Below are positions 22,601 through 33,890 of a stretch of DNA of 64,000 bases, piece after piece. The position numbers and the translations under genes were made by a program. A model generated the notes under the pieces. The model was not told the DNA's origin. It saw nothing but the letters and a program-made list of their open reading frames with translations, and ran no database searches. The stretch spans positions 1,922,001 through 1,986,000 of the forward strand of contig JANJGN010000052.1 of NCBI GenBank assembly GCA_026770705.1. The letters are read 5' to 3'. Every line of letters begins with the position of its first letter. Positions within the stretch are counted from its first letter, which is position 1. Source of the stretch: Isurus oxyrinchus (Eukaryota).

Positions 22601-25600
22601 AAAAAAGGATAGACTTGCCGTCGAGAGAGTGCAGAGAAGGTTCTCTAGGCTGATACCAGGGGCGGCAGGACTGTCGTATGAGGAGAATTGGTACGACTGG
22701 GTCTGTATTCACTAGAGTTTAGAAGAATGAGAGGAGACCTGAATAAACGTAAGAAATTCTAACAGAGATAGACAGACTGGATGGAGGGAGGATGCATCCC
22801 CTGGTTGGGGAGACTAAAACCAAGGGCGACAATCTCAGGATACAGGGCAGGCCATTTTGGACTGAGATAGGGAAACATTTCTTCACTCAGAGGGTGGTCA
22901 ATCTGTGGAATTCTCCATCACAGAGGCTGTGGAGGCCGGGTCACTGAGTGTATTCAAGAAAGAAACTGATAAATATTTTGATATTAGGGGCATCAAAGGG
23001 TACGGAGAGAAAGCGGGAATAAGGCTTTGAGATAGAGGGTCAGCCTTGATCATATTGAATGGCGGAGAAGGCTTGAAGGGCTGAATGTCCTAATCGTGCT
23101 CCTAGTTTCTATGTACCTAGGTATCTATAGAACTATCTCTCTCCGTGTTCTATTCTCATGTGACCTTGAGTAACTAATGATAAATACTTTCTATTTTCAT
23201 TGCTAATATTAAACTTTTATACTACATCTCCCCCAAAATCTTTGACATCAATGAAGACAATATTTATATTATCCTATATTGTCTTTTAAGTTCAACCTTG
23301 GCCCCCTCTGCCCTATCAGGTAGGCATAAACAATCCCAAGGTTCAATACAGGAAGAGCTCTCCCTGGTCAATATCACTAATAAAATAGGACCTCTTTTGT
23401 CTTCAAGTGATGTTTGTGGGATCTTGCTCTGCACATTGTATCCTATTACAGCTAATATAGAATCAAGGGTGTCAGTACTTACCTTGTACAGTTAGTACAA
23501 GGGTCTGCTCCGATGAAACAGATGGATATCTCACTCTGCAGCTGAGAGTGTGTCCGTGGTGTTTGAGTGATGGGATCAGGGTCAGAACAGAAGTATAGGT
23601 CAGAGTGACACCATGCTGAGTTACAGTGTTTGAGACTGATCCAGGTACGTCAGTGGGAGTGTCCCAGGTAAAGACAGGTGCTGCTGTTCCATTGCACGTT
23701 GTGTTGAAGTTGCAGCTTACATCCACACGCTTTCCTGCAATAATTTCAGCAGGGAATATCATGGGTTTATCTGTGAAATCTAACACACAGAGAATGGATC
23801 CTTTTAGAGAAATATAACATGAAGCATCAGTTCAAATAGAAAGCACAGTCCCACACGAGAAAGCACTTTTACAAGGATGATATCAGATCAGAGAGATTAC
23901 AACGATCAGGAGAGAATTTCCTATTTTCAGACTTAGTGGAGTTTCTGTCTCTCAGATGAATTCACTTCCACTTCGAGACAATTGAATTGACAATCCCGGG
24001 TGAGGGTGGGGGAGCAGCTCACAGTTCCTGACACACTGGCTTGTTACTTTCTCCGAAATCTGCCAGATTTAAATTCTATCCTGTTCCCAGCAGGAGAGAA
24101 TCCATTTGAACCAATCACTGAACCGGCATCTAAAACAGATGATCAGGTTATTGATCACATTGCTGTTTGTGGGAGCTTCCTGTGAACAAATTGGCTGCTG
24201 TGTTTCCCATATTACAACAAGGGTTACATTTCAAGAATTATTTCAGTGGTTGTGAATCCATGTGCAACGTACAGAGGTGGTGAAAGGCGCTATAGAAATA
24301 CAAATCTTTCTTTTGTTCATATGTAAGAATTTTAAACAGGATTAGGGAGATTGATGTAAGTGGATAACGTGATAACATTGATGGACACAGTCAATACATT
24401 TAATCACTGATATTAAAGTGAGTATTAGAGGTTGTTTTAGGACTGAACTGGAAGCTATCACCAGGTTATTGAGAATCAGACAGTGTGTTATAATAAACTG
24501 TGTTTGTGTTAATATGTAAATGTCACAGTTTGTGTTATTTCCCATTGAGTGTTGGCTGTGAATTGTTGAGTAATTATAACACAGCACTTACCAGAAACGT
24601 GAAGCTGGGTTACAGGGTAATAGTTATGGCTCGGACCATTGTCAAATTCTATTCTGAAAAAATAAGGTCCTGCATCTTCCCGTCTGATGTTGTTTATAAA
24701 CAGGGAACAGTCGCCATCTTTCAGGTCTCCAGACAGCCGGGTCCGATGGTGGAACCGTGGTAACTCGTGACTGTGATCCTTGGAGTGAAAGACAATGGGA
24801 GCCCAGGGAATATGTTTCTCATTATGAAACCAGACTCCACCTCGCGGTTGGTTTTCCAGACACGATGGATAACTGTAATGACATGGAATCTGTACACAGG
24901 AACCTTCCTGCGCTGTCACCTCTCGTGGAGTGTCACCTTTCCACTCTTGTGAGGGTTCAGCTGGGGAGAGAAATATCAATATTTAACTCTGAATGGTTTG
25001 TGGATCCAATAGACTTAAAATTTACAGATGAGGCTGAATTGGGGGGATGGTCAATACTGAGGAGAATGGCAACAAATTATTTTGGCAAGATGAATAGAAA
25101 AACAGGATATTATTTAAATGGAGACAGGCTGCAGAATGCAGTACAGAGGGATCTGGGTGTCCTGGTACATGAATCACAGAAAGTCAGCATTCAGGAACAC
25201 CACGGAATGAGGAAGGCACGTGGAATGTTGGCCTTTATTGCAAAGGGATGGAGTATAAAAGGAGGGAAGTCTTGCAACAGCTGCACAGGGTGAGATTGTA
25301 TCAGGAGCAGTGTGTACAGTTCTGGTCTCCTTACTTAGGGAGGGATAGACTTGCATTGAAGGCAGTTCAGAGGAGGTTCACTGGGCTGATTCCCGGGATT
25401 AAAGGGTTTGTCCTGTGAGGAAATGTTGAGCAGGTTGGGCCTGTATCCATTGGAGTTTAGAAGAATGAGGGGTGACCTTATTGAAACATATCCGATTCCG
25501 AGGGGGCTTGACAGGGTGAATGCTGGGAGGATGTTTCCCCCTCGTGGGGGAATCTAGAACCAGGGAGCACAGTTTCGGAATGAGTGCTCTCCCATTTAAG

Positions 25601-28600
25601 ACTGAGATGAGGAGGAATTTCCTCTCTCAGAGTGGCGCTAGCCTGTGGAATTCTCTTCCCCAGAGAGCAGTGGAGGCTGGGCCATTGAATAGACTCAAGG
25701 CTGAGTGAGGCAGGTTTTTGATCGACAAGGGAGTCAAGGATTTGGGGGACAGGCAGGAAAATGGAGTTAAGGCCACAACCAGATCAGTGAGAGCAGGCTC
25801 GAGGGGCCGAATGGCCTGATCCTGTTCCTATTTCTTATGTTCCTACATTCTTACCTTCTTAAAATATTAAAGCTGCAGAATAAACATGCAAGTGACTGAC
25901 CCGCTCGACCCACCTTCCATCAGGGGCTGGAGGAGGTTACACAGATAGGGAGGTTTGTGGGTGCTGGAGGAGGTAACAGAGATAGGGAGGGCTGTAGATA
26001 CTGGAGGACATTACGCAGATAGGGAGGGTGGTAGGACCTGGAGGAGGTTGCAGAGATAGGGAGGGCTGTAGGGATTTGAGGAGTTTATGGCGATGGGGAG
26101 CGTGTAGGGACTGGAGGAGGCTGCAAGGGCAGAGAGGGTTTTAGGGGCAGTAGGAGTTTACAGGAATAGGAAAAGTTGTAGGGGCTGGACGGATTGCAGA
26201 GGTAGGGAGGGTTGGAAAGGCTGGTGGAGGTTTCAGAGGTAGGGAAGGTTGCAGGGACTGGAGGAGTTTACAGAGATGGGGGAGTTTTTGGGGCAGGATG
26301 GGGTTACAGAGATAGGGAGGGTTGTAAGGGCAGGACGAGGTTACATAGATATGGAGTGTGGCTGGGGCTGAGGGAGGCTACAGAGATAGGGAGGGTTATA
26401 ATGGCTGGAGGAGGTTACAGAGATAAAGGAAACTCTTAGGGACTGGAGGAGGTTACAGAGATAGGGAGGGTTGTAGTGGGCTGGAGGAGGTTACAGAAAT
26501 ATGAAGGGTTGTAAGAGATGGACCAGCTTACAGAGATAGGGAGAGGTATTCGGTCTGGAGGAGGTTGCAGAGATAGGGGAGGTTGTTAGGACTGGAGGAG
26601 GCTACAAATATCGCGAGGGTTATCGGGGCTTGAGGAGGTTAAAGAGATAGGGAGGGGTGTTGGGTCCGGAGGAGTTTGCAGTGATAGGAATGGTTTTCGG
26701 GATTGGAAGAGAGTACTGAGATAGGAGGGTTGTAGGGACTGGAGGAGTCTCCTGAGAAAGGGAGGGTTGTAGGGACTGGAGGAGGCTCCTGAGATAGGGA
26801 GGGTTGTAGGGACTGGAGGAGGCTCCTGAGATAGAGAGGGTTGTAGGGACTGGAGGAGGCTCCTGCGATAGGGAATGTTGCCGTGGATGAAGATAAAGGA
26901 GGAGATTACTGTAATAGGGAGGAAAAATATTCAATAATTTGGACATTGAGACTTTGCTTGACCAGGAGCCAGTCTCGGTCATCGAGCAGAGCGGGTGATA
27001 AGGGAACGGGACTTGGTGTGAGTAAGGACGTGGTCAGCAGTTTTGGATGGCCTCAAGTTTATGGAGTGTAGAGCATGTGTTGGAACAGTCGAGTCTGGAG
27101 GTAATGAAGGCGTGGATGAGGGTTTCAGCAGCAGATGAGCTGAGACAGGGTGAAGTCGTACGACGTTATGGAGGTGGAAATAGACGGTGTTAGTGAGGGC
27201 GCAGATATGAGGCCGGAAGCTCATCTCAGGATCAAATGGGACAACAAAGCTGTGAACAGATTGGCTTCAATCTCAGAGAGCTGCCAGGGAGAGGAATGGA
27301 GTTGGTAGCGAGGGAACAGAGTTTGGAGCGGGGAATGAAGACAATGGCTTCAGTCTTTCCAATATTTAATTGGAGGGAATTTCTGCCCATCCAGTACTGG
27401 ATGTCGGATAAGCAGCCTGATAATTTAGCAGCAGTGGAGGAGTCGAGAGAGGTGGTGGTGAGGTAGAGCTGGGGATCCTCAGTGGACAGGTGAAAACTAA
27501 TACTGTTCAGATGATGCTGCAAAGCCATTGCAAGTGATTCTCTGGCTACGATGAGATGGATAAGAATGGAGCCAGGGGAGAGCAGTTCCACCCAGCTGGA
27601 CGACAGTGGAGAGGGGTTGGAGGAGGATGGTGTGGTCGAGCGTGTCAAAGGCTGCAGACAGATCGAGAAGGACGAGGAGGGAAAGTTGACCTTTGTCACA
27701 GTCACACAGGATGCCATTTGTGACCTTGATAAGAGCTGTTTCAGCACAGTGGCTGGGGTGGGAACCTGATTGGAGGGATTCAAACATGGAGTTCCGGGAA
27801 AGATGGAACCGGATTCGGGAGATGGAAACACTTTCAAGGACTTTGGAGGGGAAAGAGAGGCTGGAGATGGGACGGGGGTTTACACGGACAGTGTGAGGGG
27901 TGGAAGGTGTAGTGGGGAGGAGACACTTCACTCAGGGGGGAGGTGTCATCACCCCTCAGCTCGGTTTACGTTACAGCTATGATGTGGATTCAATCACACA
28001 CAATAAGCTCATGGATCTGGGAGCAGAAATAGACAAATCATTAAAAATAGTGACGCTGGTTAACACAGCCAAAAAACAAGCAAATCAAACACTATTATTT
28101 CCCATTGAGTGTTGGATGTGAATTGGTGAGTAATTATAACACAGCACTTACCAGAAACCTGAAGCTGGGTTACAGGGTAATAGTTATGGCTCGGACCATT
28201 GCCAAATTTTATCGTGAAAAAATAAGGTCCTGCATCTTCCCGTCTGATGTTGTTTATAATCAGGGAACAGTCGCCATCTTTCAGGTCTCCAGACAGCCGG
28301 GTCCGATGGTGGAACTGTGATAACTCGCGACTGTGATCCTTGGAGTGAAAGGCTATAGACCATTTAGACCATTTGTTCTGTATGTATCTTCTCATTTTCC
28401 AGATTCCGACCTGTGGTTTCTTTACCAAATCTGATGGATAACTGTAATGACATGGAATCTGTACACACGAACCTTCCTGCGCTGTCACCTCTCGTGGAGT
28501 GTCACCTTTCCACTCTTGTGACAATCCAACTGGGGAGAGAAATATCAATATTTAACTCTGGATGTTTTGTTGATCCACTAGACTCGATATCCACCCCCTC

Positions 28601-31600
28601 CATCACTCGGGCACAGTGGCTGCAGTGTGGACCATCTACAGGACACACAATGAACTCCACAAGGTATCACACCAGATGGAAGAGAATCCTGGACACAAAA
28701 GCGGAAAAGTTCATTCTACATTGGTTCATGGTCCTCAGGACCCTGTTTGTGCAGAAGTCTGCTCTCCAACAGAACTGAAGTTGGGGACAATGCATTTGGA
28801 ATTCCACTGTCCGGGGCATTGGGTTAACTTGCTGATTTTGTTTTCAATCTAACATCTATTTTTGGTCTGTTGCCTTAAAGGGACTGTAACTGGGAGTCAG
28901 GTTAATTAGGAATTTTAGGAGTTATGATAGCAGTCTTGTAGTTACGTATGTGCTTGAAATCTTTTACTTTGATGACAAATATGTTAATTTATTGTTTTAA
29001 ATCTCTGAAGGTATTGGTGGAGTTAGTGCTTCTGAATTAAGTGCACACATCTCATAATAAATACAAATTGCAAAATCATTATGATAGTGTGACCAGGTTT
29101 CTCTCAGGGACATGGTCTGCCTGGCACACATCACCTGCCAAGTGATAACACTTTTGTAATATGCCTTTCAGGGACAGCAGCATGACATCACTCGAGGGGA
29201 AGTTTGTCATGTGATTTTTAGGAACTGGTGTTCGCTTAAGTAATTCTATGTTTATTTGTGTGTGTTAGGCATAAGGTCTATCTTTAAGTTCAAGTTTAGT
29301 TTGTATTTCTGTATTTGGGTGTTGAGAAAAGGGGGAACTTGAGTTAAAAAGAAGCCAGCATTCCATTGAGGTTTTATGACTGTTGAAGGGAAGTCAAAAC
29401 AAACACAAGGTGTAAGAAACTGTGCTGTTGCCTAGCAACAGTGATCCAGAGGGAGGGACCCACAGAGACCGAGAAAAACAGAAAAGTACTTTCAGTTCTG
29501 TTGAAAGGAGTTGCCAGGAGAAGCAGCAAAGGAGCGGGACAGATAGTCAGTCCCAAAGTAAAGAAGAAGCCAAATCTATCGAGTTTGACAGGAGAAAGGG
29601 CCCAAGAAAACCTTCTAGTCAAATCTGGAAAAGGCCCTGTAAAATGAAGTTAAGAGTGAGGAGCAGAAGAAGGCTTCAAGCATAAAGGGAGAAGCAGCAG
29701 GACACAGACCTAAAGCAAAATAGGCTTGTGAGAAGCCAGAAGATCCTAGGAGACACCACAGGTTGGTGACTCATTACTACGGCCATGTGAAGCCATGGTG
29801 TTCCATTGACACGGCTGAGCATTGGAGAGACAGGGCGTGGAAGGAAGGCTGAATGCACGTGGCGATCCAGGGGGCAGGAACATGGGAAGGAGAGTTTGAA
29901 ATAGTGAAAGTGGACCCGTGTGGAAGGTGTCTGAGTGAAAGTGTCATGTTGGAGAAGATTCCAAAGTCAGTTATGGAGAGTGGAGATTGGAAACTCTCAT
30001 ATGAAAGAAGCTTTTCAGTGAGACTGGTTGGCTCACAGTGTAACAAGCGTCTGGGGACAGATGAGACATAGAATTTGTTTCAAGTGGGCTCTGCCACTTG
30101 CTTTCAGAATGTTGTGTCCCTGACCACAGGTCGTCTATTGGTTTACACGGACTGTGTACTTAGTGTGAACATGAGAATATAAGATAGTTATCGTAATTTG
30201 TGTTCTACTTATGTATCTGTAAAGGTATAGGTCTGGGTGAAGGAGTAATGTCATATAGTTTGTCTTTCCTAGTTTAATAAATATTTTATTCTTTTGTTAG
30301 ACGTTCATCAGATGACTCCTGTGACACTGTTCAGTAGCCGCACTCCACATTCCTAAATAAAAAATAAAAGTTAGGACCTATCAAGCTGAGCTCCACCCTG
30401 GGATCTGACTTGCCCAGTAGTAACATCAGCTGGGATGGTAACACCATCCAGTCCAAGTTTCACTTTGGCCTGTGAGCAGAACACAGCTCACACAGTTTGG
30501 CTGCAGGTGTCTCCCAGCTTTCTATCCTTGTATATCTGTTCTCATGTCCCTGTTCTAAATATCTGAACCCACAATGTATTTACCCAATGCCGTATCAGTG
30601 GCTGGTGCCTTTATATCATTATAAAAACATAACATGGTGATCAGTGGTGGCCAAACATTCTGGCAGCAAGATTCAGTACAGGTATGACGTGGTGAACAGC
30701 CTGAGATCGAGCTACATGACATGAGACGACCCTCGACGCTTTGGTCAGACCACAACAGAGACACAGCATCAGAGAGGGTTGAAATCGCAGTGTACTGACT
30801 GCTCAGGAAACCTTTGAAGACACAGTGACGGGAAAGAGCTCAAGTAAAGAGCTGGGGAGCAGACGGATCCCTCGTGGTGAGATTACAGCACACGGCCTGT
30901 AGGTCAGTGAGTGGGACAGTGTGTATCGCCAGGACCAGCAGCGGGTTAGCTCAGTCAGGGAAGGCGAGTGACCAGGGTGTGGGCTGGATCGATAGTGAGC
31001 GAGGGAGAGTCAAACACACAAAAACCATTGTAAAAATCAGCCCAGAGAAGTTAGTGATTATAACGGGCGGCTTCGAGATTGCTGAACAGCAAATTGAATA
31101 AAAAACATAGACTCCATTACTCCGTGGTGTGTTCCTGCCACAACCCGTCTTCGTGGGCGGAGCTTCGGAAAAGCACACGAAAGGGGCTAAAGCGACACTC
31201 ATCCCAGGTCCTGTAGGAGAAGGAAGGTCAAAGGAATATTGTCAGAATGTCCACAAAATTCCCCAGTTTGAACTGGGATGTAGCTGACCGACTATCTGAA
31301 TTCAGAATGTTTAAACAGCGTACAGAGCTCTGGTTTCCTGATTCAGGTGTGACTGAACCAGACGAGCCACCCATAAAAATTCACCTCGCGATTGGGAATG
31401 AAGGTCTACACAGGCTGAGCACATCAGGATTAACAGCAGAAGAGCGAAAAGATCCCCAATAGATACGGACGATATTGGAAGACAGGTTCAGAATCAGGTG
31501 AAACTCCATATTCATCAACTAGAGTTTATGTCATTTCATCAGCCTACACAATCCATAGACCACTTCATCAGCCGATGTAGAGAAAAGGGTACGCACTGTG

Positions 31601-33850
31601 ATTTCAAACACAGAGCCTGCAGACAGAGTTGTTGAGTTGGTGATTACATCCACTCCCATGGAAGCCTTCCAGAAAGATCTGCTAGATAAGACCAAAACCT
31701 ATAGCATTGAAGAGCTACTCAAGGATGGACATAAATACGAAGTGATCCTCGCAGGTCAACGAAGCTTACAGGTCCTCAGTACAACATCAATTGTTGACAC
31801 ACTCACTAGAACATACAAACCTAGTGAGACGTGTGGAAGGTGTGGCCTTCTGCAGGCACCAAGGAAATGCCCAGCTTTCCACCAATCCTGCAAGGCTTGT
31901 GGCAGAAAGGGCCATTGACAGCGGCAGGGCACGAGAGCAAAGGCTGATGCAGCTACAAAGAGCCGTGCGCTGATCCAATCAAACCCTGCACAACGGGGAA
32001 CCTTCAAGCAATAAGAATGACCATCCGCTATCCCATCAGGAACATATACATGTGGTGACTGACAAACCAGGAAATGGCGATGATGTACACGACGAGACTA
32101 GGAGCGGTGATCGATATTCCACCTCTCACACATATCCTGACGTGGCTTGCCAATAAATTGTGGATTGTGGTCTTTATTGCTCTCTCTGGGCACATCAAAT
32201 TAACTGAAAATGTTCCCATAGGGGTGGGATTTTCTGGCCCCACCCACTTCCATGATTGTCCGGTCCGGCCGAAAGCCAATGGATTTATGTCTGTCCCAGT
32301 CTCAGAAACTATCCCATCAGCTCAGTTCATGACATAACATTGAAATATGCAGACAGATTCAACAATATTGGCAGGTTCAAGGGAGCGGCAACATTACACC
32401 TGCAGGAGAATGCAAGTCTGTCAGACTCCTTGCATTAAAATTAATACAATCCAACTTTGCCACGCTATCTTGAGCCTTAAATGGCCAATAATTTCTATGC
32501 CTTCCAGTTTCATTTGCTCTCTCTTCTAATTTTGGCCGTGCATCTCTCTCTGTTGAACCTCCTCTCGGGATCCGATCCCCTGCCATATTAGTTTAAAGCC
32601 TCCTCAGTTGCATCAAGGGTGTAATGTCAATTGAAACCAGGGACAACATCGAAGAATGACAATCCCACAGATCAATGTGAGCAATTAAAGAAACCTCCAG
32701 ACAATTTTGCCACCACAAGATCTCGATATAACAGCAGATTACCTCTACGCTTTAGAGACTCAAATATTCAACAGATCTATACACTTATATAATTGTCAAG
32801 AAATATGAAAATGATACCAGGAACCTCTTGTTCCCTGTCCTTCTCAAAGATCCATCCCTGCAGCAGGAGCCTGAAGAGTTACTGATGTGGGGCTTAATTT
32901 ATCAGATTGTAGAATGATCCGGAAATGAAGGATGCCATTTGGCCCATCGAGCCTGTGCTGGGCCTTTGAAAGATCTGTCCAATTAGTCCCACTCTAACCT
33001 CTGCTCTCTCCTCCACAGCCCTGCAAAATGTCCCCTTCAAGTATTTATCCAGTTCCCCTTCTGAAAGTTCCTGTTGAATCTGCTTCCACCGCCCTTTCAG
33101 GCAGTGAGTCAATGGTTTCTCTCTGAGCTGCAAAGTGCTAATGTTCTGAGAACTTTAAACTCTGCAGCAGATCAGAAACAATCATGATAACTCAGAATAT
33201 TTGACAGTTTTACACACGGACAGCTTTACCTTCCTTCTCTCTTTCAGTTATCTTGCTCCCTTATTGAAGTATCTAGCAAGGTGAGAATGGACAGGAAGTG
33301 TGACACTGAACAGCCTGTCTATTCTAAGAGCTGCTGTGTTGTCTTCATGGGAAATTCTGACAAAATCAGCAAAAGACACAAAATTTCAGGGCATTGTTAT
33401 CCGAGTCCCAGCATCAGGATAGACCTCATCCCCCAGTTGGTATTCCTGATTCTCTATTCAGCGGATCGCTCCCCTGTCACTGGCTGAACTACACTGACTC
33501 CCAGTCCAGCAATGACTCAAATTTCAAATTCTCATCATCGAGTTCTTACCCCACCATCCCCCCTCTACACTCTCTATCTGTGTAACCTCCTCGAACCCTA
33601 AATCCCTCTGAGATCTCTGCACTCCTCCAATTCTGCTGTCAGACAGGGAGTCAGTGTATATCAGTGAGCACAGGGGTGATGGGTGAATGGGACTTGGTGT
33701 GAGTTTGTACACTGGCTCACTGCTGAATCGGTTCCCAATCACACTCAATAAGAATGATCTTTTACAAAGACTATTAGCCATAAACCTGTCCGAGCTGACG
33801 ACGTTATTACCTTGGAGAAGTGACAGGAGGAAGTAGGATTTCCCGATCAT
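7821..33850 (-). CDS. Gene A: Siglec-like inhibitory-type receptor (leader-V-V-5xC2-TM-cytoplasmic), about 881 aa; spliced span
   Basis: Exons 33811-33850, 28152-28529, 24592-24960, 23483-23779, 18671-18952, 17461-17742, 15312-15587, 14062-14355, 13044-13140, then 12239-12320 + 10837-11085 or 9599-9680 + 7821-8069. All GT-AG, phase-compatible, no stops. Confidence 0.85.
8185..8398 (-). repeat. 33-bp minisatellite array ending in SINE sequence
   Basis: Reverse-complement units; SINE-like flank at 8165-8200. Confidence 0.85.
8399..8476 (-). CDS. Possible optional 78-nt cytoplasmic exon (distal copy)
   Basis: Polypyrimidine tract + aag, open phase 0-0 (VHVIEPHTRHLSAESKPSLTRAITEG); weak donor gtgcgg. 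Confidence 0.35.
8531..9463 (+). mobile_element. Solo LTR-like element; its 3' part recurs at about 11790-12102
   Basis: TGTTA...TAACA termini, internal AATAAA; shared by both tail modules. Confidence 0.55.
9599..9680 (-). CDS. Gene A distal juxtamembrane cytoplasmic exon
   Basis: ttgcag acceptor, gtacag donor; phase 2-0; RKTVTEERVSGTSDIALTPSPLSVKHQ. Confidence 0.75.
9812..10265 (+). mobile_element. LINE 3' fragment, duplicated at 12452-12910
   Basis: CTIYKMHCSNS..RSFTVAGSKSWNSL LINE C-terminal ORF remnant. Confidence 0.75.
10298..10303 (-). terminator. AATAAA polyadenylation signal of the proximal terminal exon
   Basis: tttatt on the + strand about 535 nt after the stop at 10837, at the edge of the duplicated module. 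Confidence 0.55.
10837..11085 (-). CDS. Gene A proximal terminal exon: ITIM degenerate (FLYANP), ITSM-like TEYAQI retained
   Basis: Acceptor tttctctgtag; GKQNVLITEPR...EEFLYANPQV...ETEYAQIRFEHN*. Confidence 0.85.
   Translation of the reverse strand, partial: GKQNVLITEPRNTTRDTTSEGETPAPRGLSEGPVGGDAGLGNPGKPEEFLYANPQVLRVSSGDGSVHREEETEYAQIRFEHN
11228..11638 (-). repeat. 33-bp minisatellite array
   Basis: About 12 reverse-complement units. Confidence 0.9.
11639..11716 (-). CDS. Possible optional 78-nt cytoplasmic exon (proximal copy)
   Basis: VHVNELHTRHLSEESKPSLTRAITEG, phase 0-0; weak donor gtgcga. Confidence 0.35.
12239..12320 (-). CDS. Gene A proximal juxtamembrane cytoplasmic exon
   Basis: Phase 2-0; RKTAMEERVSGTRDIALTPSPLSVKHQ. 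Confidence 0.8.
13044..13140 (-). CDS. Gene A transmembrane exon (uncharged)
   Basis: tttacag acceptor, gtaagt donor; RDSSKWTVGLFTAGIMLSVFLAGIFIFICVR. Confidence 0.9.
13570..13710. repeat. AT-rich tandem repeat of about 37 bp (about 4 copies)
   Basis: TGTAATCTATGTAACATTTATATATAAT... repeated. Confidence 0.8.
14062..14355 (-). CDS. Gene A membrane-proximal Ig exon (MAG domain 5-like)
   Basis: KPEISQQSECTRRSEGVTCICVANSNPP..W..ASCSVQNPHG; phase 1-1. Confidence 0.85.
14450..15185 (+). mobile_element. L2-like LINE 3' end with internal minisatellite (14670-14965)
   Basis: ELHWLPVRQ..FKI motif; tandem CCTCCCTATCTCTGTAACCTCCTCCAGACCCTACAA. Confidence 0.7.
15312..15587 (-). CDS. Gene A C2-set Ig exon
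   Basis: PPQETMV..EGSNITLTCSSESVPP..YTWF..DAGFYCTARNPVG; phase 1-1. Confidence 0.9.
15895..17135 (+). mobile_element. Penelope-like retroelement 3' part (GIY-YIG endonuclease, degenerate hammerhead at 17070-17105)
   Basis: NIIYCLHCSQCGLLYMGQTKHRLGDR..EH; CTGAAGA-GGAGTC-TTACG-GACTC-CAAA (GAAA core mutated). Confidence 0.85.
17461..17742 (-). CDS. Gene A C2-set Ig exon (tandem duplicate 2)
   Basis: APRNLS..ICSVESFPASNLTW..DTGDYQCVAGNEHG; 282 nt; phase 1-1. Confidence 0.9.
18525..19846. other. Three N gaps (18525-18662, 19364-19637, 19669-19846) in (TG)n-rich intron
   Basis: Direct inspection. Confidence 0.95.
18671..18952 (-). CDS. Gene A C2-set Ig exon (tandem duplicate 1)
   Basis: APQNLS..ICSVESFPASNLTW..DTGDYLCVAENEHG; 282 nt. 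Confidence 0.9.
20050..20925 (-). mobile_element. Ty3/Gypsy integrase remnant
   Basis: MDMTTRFPEAIPL..FFTHYGLPLEIQSDQGS integrase core. Confidence 0.8.
21090..23115 (+). mobile_element. CR1-type LINE ORF2 (RT), degenerate, with 3' tail
   Basis: KSFYKYVK, IYINDL..FSDDT motifs; tail gggctgaatgtcct..tctatgt. Confidence 0.9.
23483..23779 (-). CDS. Gene A first C2-set exon (carries Siglec interdomain Cys, CNFNTTC)
   Basis: FTDKPMIFP..VSCNFNTTCNGTAAPVFTW..TSVLTLIPSLKHHGHTLSCRV; phase 1-1. Confidence 0.92.
24592..24960 (-). CDS. Gene A V-set exon 2 (essential Arg present)
   Basis: AQEGSCVQIPC..RTRLSGDLKDGDCSL..EDAGPYFFRIE: Siglec B-E strand Cys pattern and F-strand Arg. Confidence 0.93.
25015..25850 (+). 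mobile_element. CR1 LINE 3' portion
   Basis: VQRDLGVLVH..FPLVGESRTR..LWNSLPQ; 3' tail. Confidence 0.85.
25920..27890 (-). mobile_element. L2-like LINE (RT 27230-27890) with expanded minisatellite (25920-26880)
   Basis: HCAETALIKVTN..LVLLDLSAAFDTLDH; GGAGGAGGTTACAGAGATAGGGAGGGTTGTAGG array. Confidence 0.85.
28152..28529 (-). CDS. Gene A V-set exon 1 (essential Arg replaced by Thr)
   Basis: VGLSQEWKG..SCVQIPC..GDCSL..DAGPYFFTIKFG; intact GT-AG; phase 1-1. Confidence 0.9.
29155..30443 (+). mobile_element. Solo LTR (about 1.3 kb); adjacent LTR fragment at about 28750-29150
   Basis: TGTAA...TAACA termini, AATAAA near the 3' end. Confidence 0.6.
30630..32820 (+). mobile_element. Degenerate Gypsy-type LTR retrotransposon gag region
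   Basis: MSTKFPSLNW..FKQRTELWF; knuckle-like CGRCG..CPAFHQSCKACGRKGH; PBS-like AACATGGTG. Confidence 0.7.
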
Positions 33851-33890
33851 TGTCCACTCCCAGGTACTTCATAAGCTTCTGACTCTCAAA
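33811..33890 (-). CDS. Gene A leader exon (ATG at 33850)
   Basis: MIGKSYFLLSLLQ, phase 1 donor gtaata; joins VGLS-QEW to form a signal peptide. Confidence 0.88.

Noticed and set aside
24500-28600. V(D)J-type rearranging segments or recombination signal sequences
   Set aside because: V exons are complete through the G strand and end in splice donors; I saw no heptamer-12/23-nonamer beside them.
7821-33850. Assigning a gene symbol such as CD22, MAG or SIGLEC1
   Set aside because: Mixed features within a lineage-specific cluster; orthology needs phylogeny and synteny.
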